Origin: Jimgerdemannia flammicorona
Taxonomy: Eukaryota
Assembly: GCA_003990765.1 (NCBI GenBank)
Contig: RBNJ01000074.1
Coordinates: forward strand, 1 to 43,831
Length of the DNA: 43,831 nt
Direction of reading: 5' to 3'
The notes under the pieces are model-generated. The model was not told the DNA's origin. It ran no database searches and was given only the letters and a program-made list of their open reading frames with translations. Positions 35,201 to 43,831 of this stretch are shown here, in pieces. Position 1 is the first letter of the stretch. Each line of letters opens with the position of its first letter. Both the position numbers and the translations under genes were made by a program.

Positions 35201-36771
35201 AAATGTTTGCACCAAACGACCGGTCGGCCAATGCCACATGGTCGTGTAATGAGGGGAATTGTACCACAGAAAATTATCCAGCCCTAGTGGTTTCAACATT
35301 GGTTTGAAGGCTGGCTCCGAGGTAATGACGTCCAAATGGTTTCTATCAAACGTGTGGATCACCGATCGCAATTTCATGTTCACCACAAAGAGACGTTCTG
35401 AATCCATTATTAGCAGGGTGTTCCCATCACCCAGAGTGTATAATTTGCCGACGATACTCTCCGGGCAGCTGAAGATGTTTCTCTGGCGAATGGGAAGGTG
35501 ATCTTTGCCGCTGTAGCTCAAGAAAAGAATTTGACAGTCTTCCAGAGTAAAGTCGGTATGATACCGACCTAAAACGAGTTGCGGTAATTTGTCATCATAT
35601 GTGTTCGAAACGGCAAGGCTGAACTGATCGTGGGGGAGTTGTTGGGACGAAATATTAATGTCGTCGAGCTTCCTTAGTGTGAAATCTGGAACAGGTATAT
35701 CCTGAACAAACTCGGCGACCTGACCACGGTAAAGTCTCCAAACCGTGACGACACCATCATCCCCACTGAAGCAAGCTGCGTAGCGGCGATCTGGTGAACA
35801 TTGCCACAATCCAACGGGAGCTTGGTGTGGAATGTGAAAAGGTATATGGGTTTGATGCTTGAAGGACTCCTTGTAGTTAATCACGAGGTCTGGACTAGAC
35901 TGTGTGAGGCGGATAACAGGATAAAGCCCTTTAGGAAGGCATTCCTTTCTCACGATCTCTGTGGTTGAGAGAATAAGGTTGAGAAAAGAAATTTCGGAAG
36001 ACCGTATTGGTGTAATTAATTCATTATTGAAATAACCTACCTTTTCCCTCGTCATCACCCCTTTTATAAACAATGGACCAGCAGTCCACCTCGTTGTCTT
36101 TAAAGCTCGTCACACCAAATCCAATGGTGGTATCGTAATCCTCCGTGCTTGGGTCGTGCGTATATAACATGTTTCCAAACTTCAAGGACCCTATCAGCGG
36201 CTCGTAGTTCCACGTGGTGATATCCTGCTCGCGACCTGAATTAAATTACTTGGAGTTCTTAGAGTTGTCGAGAAGCAACCATTTCTCGTGGTATATAGCG
36301 TGCGGCTCACCTCGACCGAATTTTTCATCCTCTCTCAGCGTGAACCATTTTTCATATACAAATCCTAGCCAAACGGCCCTTCAATGGGTGTTAAATGGGT
36401 GAAAACGGTAAGCTGGGCGTCATTGAGAAATATGACGATTTTGGATACTCTATGAGAACACACCTTGGCTCATGTTCACGTTTGAGAGTTATCTCAAAAT
36501 AAAAATCCTCAGTTATGCTGGCAGTTCCCTCAAAGTAATGGATTTGGTCATTTCCTATTTGAAAGATAAAACGAAGAAGTTGTTGGCTTGCTTCTGCGAC
36601 AAAGGGGGAAAGGGTAGTCGTCCCTTGCGACGTCATCTTTAACGTACTATTGGAGTTTTGGTGCAACAGCTGAATGGCTGAATTGTTCCGATCTGGGATT
36701 GTATATCTCCTTGGATTCATGTTAATGAACGTGGCAGTCGGTGGGGTAGGGAGTGGGAGTGCGGATTGCAT
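32266..36771 (-). CDS. TRP-like cation channel with N-terminal SPRY-like and WD40-like domains; 8 exons, 1279 aa
   Basis: Exons: 36771-36464, 36378-36311, 36235-36041, 35958-34651, 34552-33115, 33010-32712, 32565-32439, 32362-32266. All introns are GT-AG (75-146 nt), phases are consistent, total 3840 nt with no internal stop. Motifs: FDEPAFQAVVQYKWNEF, six TM segments, pore NPF...SLWQFLG, LLNMLIAILNNVY, WIRNRAEFVATVE, WFPDIVFY. The start codon could be 36720 or 36636. Confidence 0.88.
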
Positions 36772-36825
36772 TGGGTTGGATGCGAAGTAACAAACTGGCA
36801 GACCAGAAACACTTTACGAATATAC

Positions 36826-36909
36826 TGCGGATTCCGCTGCGGTGAATCGAATCGGGAGGGGTGCGGATTCCGCTGCGGTGAATCGAATCGGGAGGGGTGC
36901 GGATTCCGC
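36826..36909. repeat. 36-bp tandem repeat (2.3 copies) upstream of the channel gene
   Basis: TGCGGATTCCGCTGCGGTGAATCGAATCGGGAGGGG at 36826 and 36862, partial at 36898. Confidence 0.95.
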
Positions 36910-37199
36910 AGCCGTCCTTCTTTGTTCATCGCGACAATCGTTTTTCGGTTCATCCATCTTAATAAAGTCAACCGGCTTGGTCAGCTCTTACAACAGTTAA
37001 GCCCTCATGCTGTGCAACGGAAACCATCGAAGGCCGAAGCTTCTAGGGAAATTATGCAACATGACGTAGCACTTGATCCACAGGCGCAGTAGGCGCAGTA
37101 TTGTAAATAATGAACTACTCAAATTACTCAAGGTAGACCAGCCGACCCCATGCTGAATGAGTCTCTCTGCTCACCACATCACCAACACACAGTGACCAA

Positions 37200-37599
37200 G
37201 TTCGCCCTGACCAACACCTTCCCGTGCTCAAGTTCTTCGCCACCACTCACGGCCGCGAAAAGGCCTACCTGTGGCGTGTAGCACATTGTCAGGCTGGGCA
37301 CCACGGACAACATTCAAAAGTGAGACAACTTGAGGGATTTGGGCAATAGGGAAGCGTGAGTATTGGTTCTTCTGGGGGGATGGGAAGAGACGTGCTGGCA
37401 TGGTATGGTCTTGTCCGGTGTGTGTTCTTCGTCACTTTGATCGTCAATTAACGCGAACCAGACCTCGGCGATTTCCTAAAACCTTACCCTTCCGTCTTGC
37501 CAAGCCATCGAGAGCTCCTGCAATTTACGCAGGCTGTCTGCAACACCGCCTACAGTGCTACTACGTGTGCGAAATGTTCTAGGTGAGCCTTCCCCTCGT

Positions 37600-37632
<33 letters not shown>

Positions 37633-37817
37633 AATTGGCAAGGTTGCCAACCAAAAGCAAAGCAGTAACATGGGCCACAAATTCTGAACAGCAGCCCACA
37701 GCTTCTCGATCTTCTCGTTGCTCTACTCATTGCGCAAGGTCACCCCTACACGATGAGTTTCTCGAGGACGTGCACCACGCTGCAGGGCAAGGATGCTGCC
37801 ACCCAGTGCGCTGATTA
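37200..37817 (+). pseudogene. PEX11-like peroxin fragment
   Basis: LKFFATTHGREKAY (37227-37268), FRLAKP..ELLQ (37490-37522), YYVCEMF and LLDLLVAL in Pex11 order. GTGAG donors, frameshifts and deletions. Confidence 0.5.
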
Positions 37818-39911
37818 AAAGGCCGTTCAAGAAGGCAATCAAGAAATGAATAAGACTTTTTTGGAATAGGTTAAGGTGTCGGTTCAGAGGATAAGTAAAT
37901 CGCTGATTTCATAAAATGCAGTTGCGTTCCGATTGTAGAGTCGCTAGTCACATGAACCAACAGATTGGAGTATTTTAGCGATAAAAAAAGCGACATTCTC
38001 CATTCATTTCCCTTTCATCAGTGAGCCTACCTATGAATAAACATCTCGCACAAGTCGTGTTTGCGTCACTACTCTCGCCATTGTGATTGTTATTTTTTTA
38101 CGTGGTTGATTGGCTTGTTTTGGACGATGAAACGTTGGGTGGAAGCATCAAGAAATGCTGGTACCGTACATTGATTACCATTGAATATATACCTGCGCTA
38201 TAAATTTGAGTTCATGTGTACACCAAATATGCCATGTATATGACGTGGTTTTATGATGAAGCTGTGGTGGTGGCAGATGCGAGAGTAAAATGCGAAGAGT
38301 GTCGGGGGACCTGTGGAAAGTTGAGGGAGTTGTGGTGGGATTTGGTATGGGTTGGAATCGCACGGGAAGAATACTCTCGTTGGTTTCGCCATTTAATTCT
38401 ACCGCCATTACATTATTCTTGTCACGCAGGTTCTTGAAGACGAATACAAGAGGCTCTCTCACCCGTCTCTCCCGCAGCTTCCTTCAACTCAGCCGTTCAC
38501 GGTATCTATGAATCTGTGTTGTTCGATTGGAGGGGAGAGGAAAACGAGGATGGGGCTGAGGTGGTAAGTAGGCCGAAGGTTTATCGGAGATGCTTGTTTC
38601 GGGTTTTGGAGAAGGTAGGTGTTCTGATGACTGCATATCGAAGATTCGTGAGGATCATTCATGCCACACGGAATCATAGACTCACCCCTGCTACCATCCT
38701 GACAGTTCACTCAAGACGCCCAAAGCATGTCTTCAACTTCGAAACCCGTCTCATACTCTCCCGTCATCGTGGCATGATCGATGGCAGGGTTGTAGTCACC
38801 GACACCGTCAGCGGCTTCAGCGCCGTCAGTAATTTCTACCGGCAATCCTCTTTCACACTCTCATTCCCACACATGAGCGTCACGGCCGCTACACCGGCAA
38901 ACCCAGCTTGGATATCGCAAGCGCACGCCTCCTCTGTGATCTATCATGTGGCGGCTATGCTGATCATAAAATTCGAAGTGACCCCGGTGAGCTCGACAAA
39001 CAGATCGCTGATGAAAGCGACGACCACGCGAAGCTCGCGAACACATTCACGAAGCTAGCGAACTTTGTCAACGTCTACATCGCAGGATCTGCAAGGAGGT
39101 GGCGGCCGTCACGTTGGTCAAACGTAGAATCGCAACTCGGGAGCGAAGATATTCAGTATGGATGTGGACGGCGGTTCAGGACACCCATGACGCTTAGTAG
39201 CGAGATGTCGGCGGCAGACGTTACTGGGATTAAGATTAAGATGCCTAGGGGAGTGACGATACATAAATCGCCGTTGTATATTGCGAGGTAGGCTGAGCCT
39301 GACGAAGCGGTGGTAAGATTGAGTCAGGAGTTTGAAAGCAAGATTAATCTACGACAGAGATTCGATAAAGAGCTTTACTGGAGTTGCGATTAAGATACCA
39401 CCGAAACGGACCTCTCAAAGTGTTGGGATCAAAATACCCGGTCATGCAACTAATTGGCTGAGCTCGGTATTCCATAGCAACATTTGATGTTGAAGAAATA
39501 TATGTTGTTTTGTTGCAATATTGCGTACTTCTCAGTTCTAGATAAATATTTTTAGATAGTAGCTGTATTCCCACTTGTAACAAGCGCCGGCCACACTTTG
39601 AAAACATATGCATGATTGGGATATGCAGAGGCGGACACTTCGGCAATACCACTCAATCGTCTTGCCTGATCTCTAATGAAATCACGTTAGTTTCCATTTA
39701 TTCACGGGCTCTGAAACAGAGTTAAATTCACCATCGCTGCCATAAAAATGTCTGTCTATTAGTAATCCTGGTCATATATAAATAGTGTTCCAACCCAACT
39801 CGTAATGTCAGCGACGCCTATAAGGTTTCCCTAGTTCCAACTGAGCTCACACACTGATGGAAAAGGTGGAGGCGGTAATCCTCGACAACCAATCAAAAGA
39901 CGACCACTGCC

Positions 39912-40067
39912 AGAGGCATTGGTGGTATAGGAAAATCAGAGGTTATGTTTAAATATTGCTACTTGCACCGCAAGAATTATTATTATATCTTCTGGTTTTG
40001 TGTTGTTAATAGCAAGGCGGCTCAAGATACGTTCCGAGCAATAGCAAGGGAGCTGGGGACAAATTGA
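39912..40067 (+). pseudogene. NB-ARC (fungal NLR-type) P-loop fragment
   Basis: RGIGGIGKSEVMFKYCYLHRKNYYYIFWF...DTFRAIARELG* matches the GxGGxGKT...Y..rh...Y..vFW...F..IA..LG pattern. Below the ORF-track length cutoff. Confidence 0.8.
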
Positions 40068-40150
40068 ACACCATCCCAAACATTCTTAAGCTCATTTTGC
40101 GCCTGCTACGATTATTAAATTGTGCCTCTCGGTTTTTCTCTGTTCGTATT

Positions 40151-41122
40151 ATGGACTTAAACTTTAAAAAACCTACGCGGAAATCGCGGCAGAGCCTACT
40201 TTGTCTATCACAAAACTTCGCCAGAGTAAACTTGGTGCAAAAACCTCACCCTAATTGTAATGCACTCCTCATCGACACAAGCACAAATATCCAGGGTAAA
40301 ATTTTCGGGGAGCTTCGATTCCTATCAATGACATAAAGTTGCTCAGCCAGGTTCTCACCGAGTTTTCGTTGTGTGGCTATCCTGTGAACTATGTCAAGCT
40401 CCTCCAAGGCGAGGTAGCCTCCCGCAAAGCCACCATCGGGTAGTCAGATGTCATCAATAGTTGTATCGGCAAATTACAGCAGAATGGTTGTAGTATTCTT
40501 CTCTGGCCATGGGAATTAGACGACGAAGTATTCCCGATCCGTTATGGTTAGAAACAAGACGCACTTCTCGAGACGGAAGCAATCGACGAAGAGGTTTTGT
40601 TCGAGAAATTTAATTCCCACATGGCCGACAGAATTTTTCTGCTGCTCAATGCCTGTTACGCCAGTGGCATCATGGCAAAGCTTGACGACAAAGGCGCTGA
40701 TGGCCAAAAAAAATCTGTTCCCCGATCCAATGGCTATTTGTTAACTGAACATCAGCTCAAACGGATTCACAGTGGCCAAGGAGTCGTTGTTGTTTCAGTG
40801 GCGCAGATCTCCCAAAACGCCAAAAACCGCTCACCTAGCTAAAACTGTAGGACGGGATAAAGCCCTTTCGCAACCCGCCTTGAGTGAGGGTTCTCTGGCA
40901 TCGCAGTATACCAGCCTCGGCCTCGTCCACATATCCGACCTCATTACGGCGGGTATATTGAGCGTAACCACAAAAACCAAAAAACGGCATACCGCACTGC
41001 GACTTTGACGCACCAACCCTACAGCCGGCTGCTACAAACTCAGGATGGTGCGTAAGGCCAAATTGCTTGGTGACGATGTCGAGATTGACATTGAGGAAAA
41101 GACAAAAGATGACGAGGCGTAA
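40151..41122 (+). pseudogene. Caspase-like (peptidase C14) domain gene, frameshifted
   Basis: In order: NALLI..L.FPIND..LSQVL..CGY..VKLLQGEVASRKA, VVVFFSGHG (His 40508), IFLLLNACYASG (Cys 40654), GQGVVVVS, ALSEG...GLVHISDL. Confidence 0.78.
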
Positions 41123-41450
41123 CATGAAAAGAACGAGGTCGAAGGGAATCCAAGGTAGCATCCAAAACATTAATGATAGTAATTCAACAGTGATAAGAGG
41201 GGAAAATTTGGCCGAGGGGACACTTTCTTTCTATAGCAATAAAATATTAGTTTCAATATAATTCAGAAAAACTTAAGTTACCGAAATATTGAACTGTTCC
41301 ATGCTGACGATTCCTCTTATTTCAATTCTGTTATATTTGCGTTTTGTTTTGCCTTCTCAATTTCAAATGCATACCATCCAAGATTCCGTCAAAATGATAG
41401 AGACTCTGACTATTCCCAAAAACAATGCACATATAACACTCAGTGGTCCT

Positions 41451-42561
41451 CAACTTATTCCCCTTCTACATCAGATTGGTTTGCTATACCTGTTGCAGGG
41501 CAGTGAGAGGGAGGCAATGGGGATGAGTTGCCCCTTTATCAGTATTGAATCAGTGCTTTCTTTATTTTTTGCAGTTTCTGATACCTCCAGCTGCATCTGG
41601 GGTATATCTGTTTTGGTGCAGCGCCTTTTTTCTTTTGTTGTCATTAATAAGATTGTTGTGATATATCATGGGCTATATAAAGAGTTAGCCAACCTTGGGC
41701 ATCAAGTGTCAGTATAGGTTACCTACAGGTTGTCAGTATCTGTAGTGGGGGCCTCTGAGCTTTGGTGAGCTTTCTGATAAGTACAGTTCTGATATAGATA
41801 ACTGTTTTTCAGATTGGGTTGAGATGAAAAGAGAGATAGTCATTACAGATAGGAGAAAGGGCAATAATGGTGAATTAGTTTAGTATCAGACTGGGGATGG
41901 TCATTAGGGTTAGAGCAGATATTATCTTAATAGGGCCTTTTGATTGACTGGGAGGCAGTGAGATAGAATAGTGGCCAGTATTCTGATTGTATTCAACCAG
42001 AACTAGAAGCTGATACAGTAATATAATTAAGGCCTACAAGCTTGAAGAGTGGGATCTTCCTCATTTAGTAGTATCTGAATGAAACTGAGAGCTAATACAG
42101 TAATATAATTAAGACCCACAGGCTTCAGGAGTGAGATTGGGGTCTTTTTAGGCCTTAGTCTATATATTGGTCCTTTTGAGGAGATCTTATATATAAGTTC
42201 TTTACTCATCTATCATGAATCTATTCTGCTTCTTGTTAGTTGGTTGGAGAGTTTTTTTTTTTATTTCTGATCTTTATTTGGGATCAGAGGGGTTATATTG
42301 TTCAGTCCTAGTATCACTGAATCTGATATATACATATGCTCTTATGATATTGATCTGATGATCCAGCTCAGATGAACAGATAAGTTCAGTCTATATATTA
42401 TTGGAATAGAGGTATACAATACTACTCTTATATAGCTGAGATAGTAGAACTGCTAGTTTTCTTTATAGTTAGGGAAGTAATACTTGGAAGAAAGTGAGGG
42501 AGGGTTTTGACCTATATAGTCTAGATTCCCTTTTAATAAAAATCTGCAGAGACTTGATCTT

Positions 42562-42596
<35 letters not shown>
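41451..42596 (+). mobile_element. ~1.2-kb non-autonomous poly(A) retroelement, copy 2 (slightly 5'-truncated)
   Basis: TSD AACACTCAGTGGTCCT (41435-41450) and AACACTCAGTAGTTCT (42595-42610), A31 tail, homologous to copy 1. Confidence 0.87.
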
Positions 42597-42597
<1 letters not shown>

Positions 42598-42668
42598 ACT
42601 CAGTAGTTCTTAATACATTATGAAAGCATATTTATGATAAAGACTTCTAAGTACAATGACAATGACCA

Positions 42669-43831
42669 CCTATTTCTCTGCTACCTTACCAGTTACAATG
42701 GTTTGGTAGGCAACCTTCCAAGTCCACTTTCTATAATTATTACCCCCTCTACTTTTGGTTGGTTTGCTATACCTATTGCAGGGCAGTAGGAGGGAGATAA
42801 TGGTAATGAGTTACCCTTTTATTGGTATCAGATCAGTGTCTTCTCCACTTTTTTTGTGGTTTCTGGTGCCTTTGGCTACATCTGGAGTACATTCATTTTG
42901 ATGTGGTGTCTTCTTCCTTTTGTCATTATCAATAAGGTACTGTCTCAGTATATTATAGGTTATATAGAGAGTTAGCTAATTTTGAGCATCAAGTGCCTAG
43001 TGTAGATTACCTATAGGTCCTCAGTACCTGTGGTGGGGCCCTCTAGCTTTGGCAAGCTTCCTGGTGGGCATAGTTCTGGCATAAGTAACTGTTTTTCAGA
43101 TATTATCAGAATGGGAGGGGAGATAGCTGTCACAGATAAGAGGAAGGGCAATAACAGTGAACCAATAGGGTGCCAGGCTGGGGGCAGTCATCAGGGCTGA
43201 GGCAGGTGCTGCTTTGGTGGGGCCTTTTGATTGGTGCAGAGCAGTTAAATGGTAGGTATCACTCTCAGCTTCTTTTGGCAATTTGGCAGATTGGGCCCTG
43301 GTCATTGGAGGGAGTTGGGGGGCCTGAGGCTACCCATTTTAGGCATCTTGGCTACACTCAACTTGAACTGAGAGCTGATATGGCAATGTGATTGAGGCCT
43401 GTAGGCTTGAGTAGTGGAGTATTGGAGGTATCCTCTTGCCTTATATATAAGTTCTTTACTCACCTCAACTAGGAGAACCAGGCCCTATCCACCATGATGT
43501 ACTTTGATAAGAGTTTTTTCTTTGCCTGTTATTCTCTTTGGGATGGCAGGGGCTATTCTATTCAGCTCAAGCATGGCCTTGTATATACATTGGGGTCTCA
43601 GGCATGTGCTTTCAGTTGTTGGCATATGGCTAGATTCTCCCTAATGGTAGGAAGAGCATGGTATACAGAATGAGGTACAGGCCAACATAGGCCCTGCTGC
43701 ACCTGGCATGGTCAAGCTGCTGGACAATAGCTAGCCTAGGTTAATGGGGGGGCAGTGCTTGATGGATGGTGGGGGAGGGTTTTGGCCTATATAGTCTAGG
43801 TTCTCTTCCAATAAAAATCCGCAGGACTTGA
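42669..43831 (+). mobile_element. ~1.2-kb non-autonomous poly(A) retroelement, copy 3 (window ends just before the tail)
   Basis: Same 5' start as copy 1 (TTTCTCT.CTA.CTTACCAGTTACAA) and the same 3' motif GGCCTATATAGTCTAGGTTC...AATAAAAATCCGC. The middle diverges. Confidence 0.85.

Noticed and set aside
37601-37630. T30 tract as the tail of a minus-strand retroposon
   Set aside because: No TSD, and no similarity to the LINE or 1.2-kb family 3' ends; treated as a simple repeat.
38516-39291. Overlapping ORFs of 180 and 127 aa as intact genes
   Set aside because: Non-ATG starts and no recognisable domain; at most a fragment of an unidentified gene.

Overview
This is eukaryotic, almost certainly fungal, genomic DNA; the TRP-like gene family and the transposon types suggest Mucoromycota (inference). 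About 75% of the window is a nested transposon graveyard that has lost nearly all CpG. It holds the CpG-intact end of a hAT-like DNA transposon (1-330) and a truncated minus-strand Ty3/Gypsy element A (331-5488) with a solo LTR of the same family (16469-17998). It also holds a complete but stop-riddled plus-strand Gypsy element B (6193-16341), inserted into the LTR of an older, inverted relative C (about 6027-26900). A full-length L1/Tx1-type LINE with an 18-bp TSD (18206-23919), three copies of a ~1.2-kb poly(A)-tailed non-autonomous retroelement and several AT-rich relics complete the repeat content. A CpG-normal island (about 32200-41300) holds one intact 8-exon gene (1279 aa) with a SPRY-like / WD40-like / TRP-channel architecture. 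After it comes a same-strand chain of broken gene fragments: PEX11-like, possible kinase, NB-ARC P-loop and a bacterial-type caspase-like domain. Four observations stand out. (1) Both Gypsy families carry a dUTPase between protease and RT. (2) Both also carry an apparently homologous accessory ORF, which lies between integrase and the PPT in family B but inside the LTR U3 in family A. (3) The SPRY-WD40-TRP fusion is unusual. (4) NB-ARC and caspase-like remnants are adjacent. All domain calls are manual motif recognition; no searches were run.
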